Origin: a virus
Taxonomy: Duplodnaviria; Caudoviricetes
Strand: one strand, 5' to 3'
IMG/VR virus record: IMGVR_UViG_3300022697_000048
Coordinates: 1 to 48,709 of that record
Length of the DNA: 48,709 nt
Shown: positions 8,611-15,996 of the stretch, in pieces
How the letters are laid out: the number at the start of each line of letters is the position of its first letter
How positions within the stretch are numbered: the first letter of the stretch is position 1
Translations under genes and position numbers: made by a program
Notes under the pieces: model-generated
What the model was told of the DNA's origin: nothing
Database searches by the model: none
What the model saw: only the letters and a program-made list of their open reading frames with translations

Positions 8611-9446
8611 AAGTTTATGTTATACCCTTATCTATTCAAGCTGATGGTGATATGCAATTAGTCCATAGTGTTGGTGGTGCTTATAACCACTTGACTACTA
8701 AATCGTACATATTTACATTTGATGGTAGTGGGTTAGACCTAAAGAAAACGTATTCTGGATGGAACATGGTAAAATCACGGACACATTTCCATAAGATAAT
8801 AGCAGATGCTAAAAATGCTTTTATCAGAAAAGTTCAATTAGCAGTTGAGCAAAAGGCTGCTGTAGCAATGACTGAAAGCATTACACCTAAACCAGAATAT
8901 GAAAACAAGGAAATGGTGTATTTTGCAAATCATTCTCTACATCGTATCCTTGAGAAATACGGTATTAGTTACAAAGAGGAAGGCGTACTTATATACTTTT
9001 CATTTAATTGTGATGTGAATAAATCACAATTAGATAAGAAATGTCGTAAATATATTGGTAAACTCGACATGGTTAAATTGTGTGAATTACATCAACCGTG
9101 TGAACCTAAACCAGAATATGAAAATAAGGAAATGGTGTATTTTACAGATTTTGACGTAATGCCCACACTTGAGAAATACGGTGTTAGTTACCAAAAACAG
9201 TTGTTAACTGTAATATTCTCACTTGATTATGATGTCAATACAACATTATTAGAAGACATTACATGCAAGTATGTTAACAACTCTGAAGTAATCAAACTAT
9301 GTGAGTCATACAAACCTGTTAAACCGGTTAAGTTCTGGCCGTTAAATGATGAGCCTAAGTGTACGATATTACTATCCTTACCAGAACCTAAACCAGAACA
9401 TGCAAACATTTTGAAAGTTACGAGGATCTCTTTAAATGGAAAGTGA
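8607..9446 (+). CDS. Hypothetical protein with internal domain duplication
   Basis: AAGGA RBS; PKPEYENKEMVYF...LEKYG.SY...KLCE occurs twice. Confidence 0.8.
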   Translation: MKVYVIPLSIQADGDMQLVHSVGGAYNHLTTKSYIFTFDGSGLDLKKTYSGWNMVKSRTHFHKIIADAKNAFIRKVQLAVEQKAAVAMTESITPKPEYENKEMVYFANHSLHRILEKYGISYKEEGVLIYFSFNCDVNKSQLDKKCRKYIGKLDMVKLCELHQPCEPKPEYENKEMVYFTDFDVMPTLEKYGVSYQKQLLTVIFSLDYDVNTTLLEDITCKYVNNSEVIKLCESYKPVKPVKFWPLNDEPKCTILLSLPEPKPEHANILKVTRISLNGK

Positions 9447-9933
9447 AAAAGAAACTATGTATTACTGGACAGTGATAGACACCGACACCGACGATATTCT
9501 ATTTCATCTATCAGCGTTTCGTGATGAGTTCCTAGGTGTACTAAGACAACTACCGTATGAGATTCACAAGAATTATCAAGAGTTCCTAGAGATTATTCCT
9601 GAACGCGGCGACGCAAACGCCATAGGGTTTAACAACGAAAACGAGAAGCATACATTCGTTAAAAACTCATCGTTTAGTACACGGCCTGTTCTATACAAAT
9701 TCCGAGTCTTTAATTGTGAAGATAATACCATCTGTTCGGACATTGAAACGTATCACAACGCTATTAAACAAGTTAAACCCTTATTTCATGCGAGTAGCGA
9801 AGAAAAATACAACGAGTTCGTTGAAGCTCTAAAAAAACTACCAGTGGGTAGTTTAATCGAAATGCATAACGTCGATAAAGGTCAATACAGGCGGTTGGAA
9901 GTCGAGCGTTATATTCCAGGGGTTGTACATTGA
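9436..9933 (+). CDS. Hypothetical protein
   Basis: GAGG RBS, 165 aa. Confidence 0.7.
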   Translation: MESEKETMYYWTVIDTDTDDILFHLSAFRDEFLGVLRQLPYEIHKNYQEFLEIIPERGDANAIGFNNENEKHTFVKNSSFSTRPVLYKFRVFNCEDNTICSDIETYHNAIKQVKPLFHASSEEKYNEFVEALKKLPVGSLIEMHNVDKGQYRRLEVERYIPGVVH

Positions 9934-10823
9934 AACGAACTGAATTGTTATCGACAAGTAAACGATATAGCTACATGCAACGCCGAACATGGAACAAGGA
10001 TCTACCCTCATTACTGATAATAGGACCACACGCTGGGTTAAAGATATGCCCGTTTGATACACCTGTTATCAAGCGGGCAATCGTATTGGCTGAGGGTTGG
10101 GGGTTTGGATCAATAACAATGTGCAACCTGTACGCGTGGAAGGTGGGCAAACCGGAATACTTATCGGATGTCCGTGACCCAATAGGCGTGGACAATGATG
10201 ACATTATTATCAAATACGCTAAGAAGGCCGACACTATTTTAATCGCATGGGGTAACGGTGGTAGATTTGATAACCGTGATAGAAACATGTTGCGATTGTT
10301 GAAAGATTTTGATCTATACACCATTGGTTTAACCGTACAAAGCCGTCACCCTAAGTTGATACATAGCCGCACTGTGTACACAACCAAGCTTGCACCATAT
10401 AACCACAAAGGCACTAAACAAGGTACTGAGGTAAATACAGCAAGCACCGACGAACGAATATTAACAGCGCTCAAAGTGCGTGGTGATGCTAGCTCTGCTG
10501 ATTTAGCTGCTATGCTCACCGACATCAATATAACAAGTATTCGCAGTGGTGTAGCTCGGTTAAAGTCAGCGGGTCACATTGCTATCAGTAATACCACCAA
10601 TTCTGTGAATACGTACAAATATGTAACACATGTACGTGTAGTGAAGGGTCCAAACACTGTGCATATGCGACCATTGGACAAACGTGATACTACGCCAAAG
10701 AAGGTAAACTACAAGCGAAATGTTAAGCGTAAGCTTGTAGTACTCAACAACCTACTTGATAGGGTATCAGGTGAGGCTGAGGACATATTAATCGGAATCA
10801 TAGAGGACTACAAAAATGGCTAA
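9930..10823 (+). CDS. DUF1643-like domain fused to a C-terminal winged HTH
   Basis: YSY..R.W...WGFG...NLYA...DPIG.DND...ILIAWG...HP; then DERILTALKVRGDASSADLAAML...IRSGVARLKSAGHI. Confidence 0.7.
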   Translation: MKRTELLSTSKRYSYMQRRTWNKDLPSLLIIGPHAGLKICPFDTPVIKRAIVLAEGWGFGSITMCNLYAWKVGKPEYLSDVRDPIGVDNDDIIIKYAKKADTILIAWGNGGRFDNRDRNMLRLLKDFDLYTIGLTVQSRHPKLIHSRTVYTTKLAPYNHKGTKQGTEVNTASTDERILTALKVRGDASSADLAAMLTDINITSIRSGVARLKSAGHIAISNTTNSVNTYKYVTHVRVVKGPNTVHMRPLDKRDTTPKKVNYKRNVKRKLVVLNNLLDRVSGEAEDILIGIIEDYKNG

Positions 10824-11313
10824 AGATGGTAAATCTACATATTATGACGTGGGTGGTATAGAAGTTATTGACGTTATCAAAGCAAAACTAACACCTGAAC
10901 AATACACAGGGTTTGTATTGGGTAACGCTCTTAAATATCAAATGCGTATGATGCATAAAAATCCTGAACCACTAAGTGATGCTAAAAAAGCGGCGTTTTA
11001 TAGTAAAGAGTTAACTGATTTGTTTGAACAACCAGAACCTATTAGTGACGAGGTTGTGGGTGATTGTAATGAGTACTGCAATGGTGGCAAGCTTATGTAT
11101 GATAGTAATGGTGTGTGGTGGCGGGTTCCAAACCCATACCACCTAGACTCGATTACTGATGGTGATAAGTACGAGAAAATGGATAGAAATGTATTTAATA
11201 ATCTGGTCGAGGTAGGTAGTTTTAAAATGGTCAATATTCAAGATATTGATGGAATTAGTGTAACACTGGTGACTGATAAGGATGAGTTGTATCAGTTGGT
11301 GGGTGAAAAATAA
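10816..11313 (+). CDS. DUF3310 (SaV-like) domain protein
   Basis: YYDVGGIEVIDVI...GFVLGNALKY..R..HK...DAKKAAFY. Confidence 0.8.
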   Translation: MAKDGKSTYYDVGGIEVIDVIKAKLTPEQYTGFVLGNALKYQMRMMHKNPEPLSDAKKAAFYSKELTDLFEQPEPISDEVVGDCNEYCNGGKLMYDSNGVWWRVPNPYHLDSITDGDKYEKMDRNVFNNLVEVGSFKMVNIQDIDGISVTLVTDKDELYQLVGEK

Positions 11314-11528
11314 TGAAATTTGAAATACCAGTACCAGAATGGACCAATTGGGTTGCACAAGATGATAGTGGTAAATGGTGGGCGTATGAATTAAAACCTA
11401 CATACAGCACGCGACGCAACAGTTCTTTGTGGACTCTCAACGACTATAAAACTCGACGCCAGTTTTTAGTTAAAGTTAATCATCCAGAAAACTGGAAAAA
11501 CGAAATATACAAGGTGGTATGGAAATGA
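11313..11528 (+). CDS. Hypothetical phage protein
   Basis: PEWTNWVAQDDSGKWWAY..KP pattern, common in small phage proteins; TAATG coupling. Confidence 0.75.
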   Translation: MKFEIPVPEWTNWVAQDDSGKWWAYELKPTYSTRRNSSLWTLNDYKTRRQFLVKVNHPENWKNEIYKVVWK

Positions 11529-11845
11529 CAATAGATAACACAGGTGTGAAAATTAGTGTCGGTGATAAGTTTGTATGTACCCATTTGTTGCGGGATGGCG
11601 CGCATTCTTTTATAGCAGAAATTAAAGCACCCGGAACAAATGGGTATCCTAAAGTTTTAGCTGGGGAGACTGGTGTAATAACAAGGGTTGACTTACCTAA
11701 ACAAGAATATCACTATCAATTTTCGATGAGTGTTAAAAATGAAAAAGGAGAGGTTCGGGAGGTTCACTTAAATAAGGGAAACATAGAAAATTTCTTTATA
11801 CGTGACACACCTAATGTAACAGTATTACGGGCAAACAAACGATGA
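11519..11845 (+). CDS. Hypothetical protein
   Basis: AAGGTGG RBS. Confidence 0.7.
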   Translation: MEMTIDNTGVKISVGDKFVCTHLLRDGAHSFIAEIKAPGTNGYPKVLAGETGVITRVDLPKQEYHYQFSMSVKNEKGEVREVHLNKGNIENFFIRDTPNVTVLRANKR

Positions 11846-12126
11846 TAGTAGTACACGCTATTCCTAAAAACCTTCCATCAATACGATTAGCTAATTGTAA
11901 ATCACTATCACGTTATAACCTTTTTAGTTATGACACTAAAAAATTATGCTTTCTATCATCAAATGAGCTGGGTTATTGCTTTTTAGATATTGACACATTC
12001 GACGTAGTCGTACTGGATGACGAGAATTGTGTAATTGATTTACATGAACAGGTATACGGAATGGTTGTTGTTAATAAAGGTGAAACGCCAACACTTGAAG
12101 ATTGCAAGCAATTACTTGGTCGTTAA
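11842..12126 (+). CDS. Hypothetical protein, paralog of 12287..12592
   Basis: C-terminus EQVYGMVVVNKGETPTLEDCKQLL. Confidence 0.7.
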   Translation: MIVVHAIPKNLPSIRLANCKSLSRYNLFSYDTKKLCFLSSNELGYCFLDIDTFDVVVLDDENCVIDLHEQVYGMVVVNKGETPTLEDCKQLLGR

Positions 12127-12128
12127 CC

Positions 12129-12156
12129 TTGACAGTGACACGTCACTGACTATACT
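12129..12156 (+). promoter_or_regulatory. Repeated promoter/operator, copy 1
   Basis: TTGACA-16-TATACT containing the palindrome CAGTGAC-AC-GTCACTG. Confidence 0.85.
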
Positions 12157-12191
12157 AAGTAATATGAATAACGAAATTAGAGGAAGTTAAA

Positions 12192-12287
12192 ATGATACAA
12201 TACGCAATAGCAATAACAGTAACGGGATTTTGTGGACTTTCAGTAGTGTCCATGTTTGCTTTTCAAATCGCGATGGGGATTGGGTAA
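12192..12287 (+). CDS. 31-aa single-TM small protein
   Basis: AGAGGA RBS; MIQYAIAITVTGFCGLSVVSMFAFQIAMGIG; TAATG coupling to the next gene. Confidence 0.65.
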   Translation: MIQYAIAITVTGFCGLSVVSMFAFQIAMGIG

Positions 12288-12592
12288 TGAAACCAAAAAT
12301 TAAAACGACACAACCAATTAGTGTTGAGTTTAAGCTAGATAACACACCTTTGGACCCTTATTGTGTCTATAGATGGTTTGGACGTGATAACGAAACATTT
12401 ATGAAATTGATATTCATCGCTCTTGATGAAACCGGTAGGTACATATTCATTGATATGGAAAGTTTAAAGCTTGTAATATTAACCAATTCTGACACTGTCA
12501 AGCCAACATATGAACATGTTTACGGTATGTTAATCGTACCCGATGGCGAATCACCCAGTGAAAAAGACTGCATAACACTGTTGAATAAATGA
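12287..12592 (+). CDS. Hypothetical protein, paralog of 11842..12126
   Basis: C-terminus EHVYGMLIVPDGESPSEKDCITLL. Confidence 0.7.
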   Translation: MKPKIKTTQPISVEFKLDNTPLDPYCVYRWFGRDNETFMKLIFIALDETGRYIFIDMESLKLVILTNSDTVKPTYEHVYGMLIVPDGESPSEKDCITLLNK

Positions 12593-12801
12593 AAATAGTA
12601 TCTAGCAACGAAACGGTTATGAATAAAATGGGTCAAATCCATTTACACGCAAGTTCTCTCTACGAAGTTGTGACCACTAATGGTGATGTGGTTAAGCGTA
12701 TGTATTCGAAGTGTAGACACAATGTCTATTATTTCCATGATGAGCACGGTGTGGGTATCTACAGCTATGATAGATATACATTGTGTAAACGGGTTAAATA
12801 A
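12589..12801 (+). CDS. Hypothetical protein
   Basis: ATGA overlap. Confidence 0.65.
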   Translation: MKIVSSNETVMNKMGQIHLHASSLYEVVTTNGDVVKRMYSKCRHNVYYFHDEHGVGIYSYDRYTLCKRVK

Positions 12802-12805
12802 CACC

Positions 12806-12833
12806 TTGACAGTGACGTGTCACCGGCTATACT
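12806..12833 (+). promoter_or_regulatory. Repeated promoter/operator, copy 2
   Basis: TTGACA-GTGACGTGTCACCGGC-TATACT. Confidence 0.85.
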
Positions 12834-12840
12834 TAATCAC

Positions 12841-13077
12841 ATGAGCAACGAAAACAACAAGGTGAACAACATGAGCGTAATGAGAACCCACTTAGTCAAT
12901 ATCGCTAACACCATTGACGCCAACAACCCCACCATTAAGGCTTTCGTTAAAAAACTTCAAACCCGTGGTGTGTACACTGAGGCAACTGCCGATGAAATCG
13001 ACGAATTCGACGAGATAGAGGAAGCATTGTACAACCCTAACGCCACACCTGGTGTGCCAATTTCATATGAGGTGTAA
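12841..13077 (+). CDS. Hypothetical protein (start 12841 if leaderless, otherwise 12871)
   Basis: In-frame ATG 7 nt after the -10 box; alternative ATG with AAGGTG RBS. Confidence 0.7.
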   Translation: MSNENNKVNNMSVMRTHLVNIANTIDANNPTIKAFVKKLQTRGVYTEATADEIDEFDEIEEALYNPNATPGVPISYEV

Positions 13078-13088
13078 AGGTGAACAAC

Positions 13089-13295
13089 ATGAACAAAACA
13101 ACATATAAAGACTTAGACACCAAATTGCTTGGGTTCATCATAGCTGAAACACTTACACTATTGGCCAAACGGTATAAAATCTCAAAGCGTAGAGTTACCG
13201 CACGTATTGCATTGGGTGATAGTAAAATGAACAAAGCGTATGATGATGTAAGTAGAAAGGCAATTAAGGTGGCGTTGCAGGTGAAACAATTTTGA
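13089..13295 (+). CDS. Hypothetical protein, tandem paralog A
   Basis: MNKTTYKDLD...KAIKVALQVKQF; AAGGTG RBS. Confidence 0.75.
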   Translation: MNKTTYKDLDTKLLGFIIAETLTLLAKRYKISKRRVTARIALGDSKMNKAYDDVSRKAIKVALQVKQF

Positions 13296-13498
13296 ACAAA
13301 ACAACGTATAAAGACTTAGACCCTGAATTGTTAGGGTTCATTATGAGTGAAACACTTGATATGTTAGCTAATCAGTACAAAATGCCCATATTTCAAATCA
13401 TTGAACGTATGACAGGCGGCAACGTTACTTTAAATAATAAATACGACAAGATAAGTGGAAAGGCAATTAAGGTGGCGTTGCAGGTGAAACAATTCTGA
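13292..13498 (+). CDS. Hypothetical protein, tandem paralog B
   Basis: Same N- and C-termini as the upstream gene; TTG start. Confidence 0.75.
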   Translation: MNKTTYKDLDPELLGFIMSETLDMLANQYKMPIFQIIERMTGGNVTLNNKYDKISGKAIKVALQVKQF

Positions 13499-13505
13499 AT
13501 AAGGT

Positions 13506-13533
13506 GGGTAGTGTGACACACATCACACTACCC
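13506..13533. terminator. Hairpin between convergent genes (probable bidirectional terminator)
   Basis: GGGTAGTGTGA-cacaca-TCACACTACCC, perfect 11-bp stem; no strong U-tract. Confidence 0.6.
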
Positions 13534-13541
13534 TATAGTTG

Positions 13542-13940
13542 CTATCTTATATAACGCAATGCAACCCGTTCGACAATATCAAGCACTTGACGCGTAGCAA
13601 CCACATTTGTACTTCCTTCCAGTTTATCGAATTTCTCACGTAACAACTCAAGCAATGCAGCGGCTAAAACCGTTTCATCCGCATCTAAGTCAGACCACGG
13701 CACATTGCTATTGATAACCCCCATGATAGCGGCTGAAGTCTCAATATTATCAGTTGTACCAAGATTAGACCTTATGGTCGATACGTAATCCATTACGCGT
13801 TGAGCCTTAGCAGCATCGGCGGCTATTAGCTTACTAACCCCGATACTCAAGGCTGCACCTTGCATGGCACTTGGTGCTGTAGCACAGGCAGTGAAGGAGA
13901 ACAAAAGTAAGATTGGTAACAAACACGCTAGATATTTCAT
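13542..13940 (-). CDS. Lipoprotein of unknown function
   Basis: GAGGTG RBS; signal MKYLACLLPILLLFSFTA-C with lipobox. Confidence 0.8.
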   Translation of the reverse strand: MKYLACLLPILLLFSFTACATAPSAMQGAALSIGVSKLIAADAAKAQRVMDYVSTIRSNLGTTDNIETSAAIMGVINSNVPWSDLDADETVLAAALLELLREKFDKLEGSTNVVATRQVLDIVERVALRYIR

Positions 13941-13972
13941 CAGTAACACCTCTATTGTGGTTAAAAGAAACA

Positions 13973-14001
13973 ATAGTATATTTATTTGTATCAATTAGCA
14001 A
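13973..14001 (-). promoter_or_regulatory. Probable promoter of the lipoprotein gene
   Basis: Minus strand TTGCTA-17-TACTAT. Confidence 0.5.
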
Positions 14002-14009
14002 TATTGACC

Positions 14010-14037
14010 TTGACGGTGACGTGTCACCGGCTATACT
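14010..14037 (+). promoter_or_regulatory. Repeated promoter/operator, copy 3
   Basis: TTGACG-GTGACGTGTCACCGGC-TATACT; palindrome CGGTGAC-GT-GTCACCG. Confidence 0.85.
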
Positions 14038-14044
14038 TAATCAC

Positions 14045-14230
14045 ATGAGCAGAGAAAACAAAATGAAAAAACGAGCAAAACGGTTCGACACGAAACAGGA
14101 ATGTTTGGATTACATTGAAAAACATCACCCATGTTGCTCGCCAATGTACGAAAGCGGCGTATATGGTCTACCAGAGGGTTGGTACATTTACGTAATGCCT
14201 AACTTAGTCATAGAGGAATTAATCAAATGA
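14045..14230 (+). CDS. Hypothetical protein (start 14045 if leaderless, otherwise 14063)
   Basis: In-frame ATG 7 nt after TATACT. Confidence 0.65.
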   Translation: MSRENKMKKRAKRFDTKQECLDYIEKHHPCCSPMYESGVYGLPEGWYIYVMPNLVIEELIK

Positions 14231-14307
14231 ACATACTCGGTCTAGCACTCACATCAACACTTATCGTGACCATAACTGTTTTTATCATGGGGGTTATTTA
14301 CTCATGA
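14227..14307 (+). CDS. 26-aa single-TM small protein
   Basis: GAGGA RBS; MNILGLALTSTLIVTITVFIMGVIYS. Confidence 0.6.
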   Translation: MNILGLALTSTLIVTITVFIMGVIYS

Positions 14308-14408
14308 ACCAACAACAGACAGGAACAGTTATTAAAATACTGGAATGGGGTTTAGTGCTGTCTATAGTGGTGTGGTTTGTTGCGGCTATTTATTTACTAA
14401 TTACGTGA
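14304..14408 (+). CDS. 34-aa single-TM small protein
   Basis: GGGGGT RBS, ATGA overlap; MNQQQTGTVIKILEWGLVLSIVVWFVAAIYLLIT. Confidence 0.6.
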   Translation: MNQQQTGTVIKILEWGLVLSIVVWFVAAIYLLIT

Positions 14409-14417
14409 ACATTGACC

Positions 14418-14445
14418 TTGACGGTGACGTGTCACCGGCTATACT
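14418..14445 (+). promoter_or_regulatory. Repeated promoter/operator, copy 4
   Basis: Identical to copy 3 across ATTGACCTTGACGGTGACGTGTCACCGGCTATACTTA. Confidence 0.85.
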
Positions 14446-14452
14446 TAGTAAC

Positions 14453-14686
14453 ATGAGCAGCAAAAACAACATGATCACAACTACTATCAACAGCGGCGAA
14501 ACATGGTACACCTTCACAGCAAACAGCACTAAGTACGAAGTACAGGCACACGTTGAAGGTTACTACACTGTTTACAGTAACCAAGTTAATCGTCGTAGTG
14601 ACACAGTGATCAAGCAGTATGACGACTTAGCAGCACTTGCACAACGTAGCAAAGCATTCGCACAACTTGCAACATTAATAGGATAA
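14453..14686 (+). CDS. Hypothetical protein (possibly leaderless)
   Basis: In-frame ATG 7 nt after TATACT; no SD before the next ATG at 14471. Confidence 0.7.
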   Translation: MSSKNNMITTTINSGETWYTFTANSTKYEVQAHVEGYYTVYSNQVNRRSDTVIKQYDDLAALAQRSKAFAQLATLIG

Positions 14687-14691
14687 ACGAA

Positions 14692-14946
14692 ATGACAATG
14701 TACAATGATTATCAAACAGAAATAGACAACCTAGACGAAGGCGCTAGCTTAGCCGAAAGCGCTGTATTAATCGGTCTACGTGATCAACTACTAACCGCCG
14801 CGCTTGGTAAGATAGACAAAATAGACCTAACACAAAAATTCATCGATGAGGGCATCATCGATGCGACTGGTTCAGAAATAGAAAACGATTTTCGTGAGTG
14901 TGTCGAAAATCTACAAACACGTATCATCGAGGAGTTCGGACAATGA
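14692..14946 (+). CDS. Acidic hypothetical protein
   Basis: AGGA RBS; D/E-rich, 84 aa. Confidence 0.75.
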   Translation: MTMYNDYQTEIDNLDEGASLAESAVLIGLRDQLLTAALGKIDKIDLTQKFIDEGIIDATGSEIENDFRECVENLQTRIIEEFGQ

Positions 14947-15209
14947 AAGCATATCTACCAATCAATTGCACAATACTACAAACGCTTGAAGACTACATTC
15001 ATCATGTCTCGTTCGAGGTTGACGGTAAACAATACACAACCCTCATGTTAGTAACTGAGATGGAAGACACTACCACTCTCTATCTTCGTATCATAAGGGT
15101 AGACAGTGGACTAACAACACTCTTGGTTCCAGGTATCGTGGTGGACGTTTACAAACGGTTAGTGGTTACTGAGAGCAAGGTAACCAGTGTAGTGAGGTTA
15201 GCAGCATGA
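14943..15209 (+). CDS. Hypothetical protein
   Basis: GAGGAG RBS, ATGA overlap. Confidence 0.75.
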   Translation: MKAYLPINCTILQTLEDYIHHVSFEVDGKQYTTLMLVTEMEDTTTLYLRIIRVDSGLTTLLVPGIVVDVYKRLVVTESKVTSVVRLAA

Positions 15210-15394
15210 GAACAGCTACCATAATGGACTTCAAGAAAGGGGCCACATTGTATCGCCATGGGTTTGAGTATCGATTGATTCACCGTATTCCAGGTGACAA
15301 CACAGTATGGTTAGCAAGTAGTGTAGTTGATAGTGTTACATCGACGGTAGGTATTGCGGCCGTTGACGCGTCGATGTATGAGGTGGACAAATGA
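15206..15394 (+). CDS. Hypothetical protein, single copy of a triplicated domain
   Basis: MRTATIMDFKKGATLYRHG.EYRLI.R.PGD; GAGGT RBS. Confidence 0.75.
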   Translation: MRTATIMDFKKGATLYRHGFEYRLIHRIPGDNTVWLASSVVDSVTSTVGIAAVDASMYEVDK

Positions 15395-15777
15395 AAACTA
15401 CCACCACAGCTGACTTCAAGGAAGATGTTGTGTTGTACCGTGATGGTACCAAGTACCGGTTAATAGCTCGGGTACCTGGTGATCACAATGTGTGGATAGC
15501 GATGATTACTAATGGTGATAAGGTTTTCAAGTGGGTTGTTTTCCAAGACGACGCCGCGTTGTACGAAGTTAGCAGCATGAGAACCGCTACCGTAGACGAC
15601 TTCAAGTGTGGGGTTGTGTTGCACCGTGATGGCCGTGAATATCAGTTGGTTCATCATGTCCCATGTAAGGTACCAATGTGGTTAGCGCGTGTGGATAATG
15701 ACTACGATACGATCCATTTATATGATGCAAAATTGTATCAAATAGCTAAAGATAGTGACACGTTGGACGATATATAA
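15391..15777 (+). CDS. Hypothetical protein, two fused copies of the same domain
   Basis: MKTTTTADFKEDVVLYRDG and internal MRTATVDDFKCGVVLHRDG. Confidence 0.75.
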   Translation: MKTTTTADFKEDVVLYRDGTKYRLIARVPGDHNVWIAMITNGDKVFKWVVFQDDAALYEVSSMRTATVDDFKCGVVLHRDGREYQLVHHVPCKVPMWLARVDNDYDTIHLYDAKLYQIAKDSDTLDDI

Positions 15778-15780
15778 AGT

Positions 15781-15966
15781 ATGAATGAGAAAACAGCCAG
15801 AAAGTTAAAAATGCAGTACGAGTCTGATTTGAGCATGTGCAATGACGACCGTGAAAAAGTAACCCTAAATAATCAGTTAGCGACTATTATCAAGTGGTTG
15901 ATCCATGATGCTGAGCACCAGATAGAGAATGACCCAATTTACGACAATTATAGACATGCAGCATAG
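15781..15966 (+). CDS. Hypothetical protein
   Basis: 61-aa ORF ending the accessory cluster. Confidence 0.6.
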   Translation: MNEKTARKLKMQYESDLSMCNDDREKVTLNNQLATIIKWLIHDAEHQIENDPIYDNYRHAA

Positions 15967-15996
15967 ATAGCCGCTATCTCTGGTGGTGGTGGCTAT

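Noticed and set aside
13913-14452. ORF-track proteins sharing DLDGDVSPAIL (13913, 14345; SPAIL in 12817) as a protein repeat family
   Set aside because: The shared peptide is the translated promoter repeat; real starts lie downstream of the -10 box
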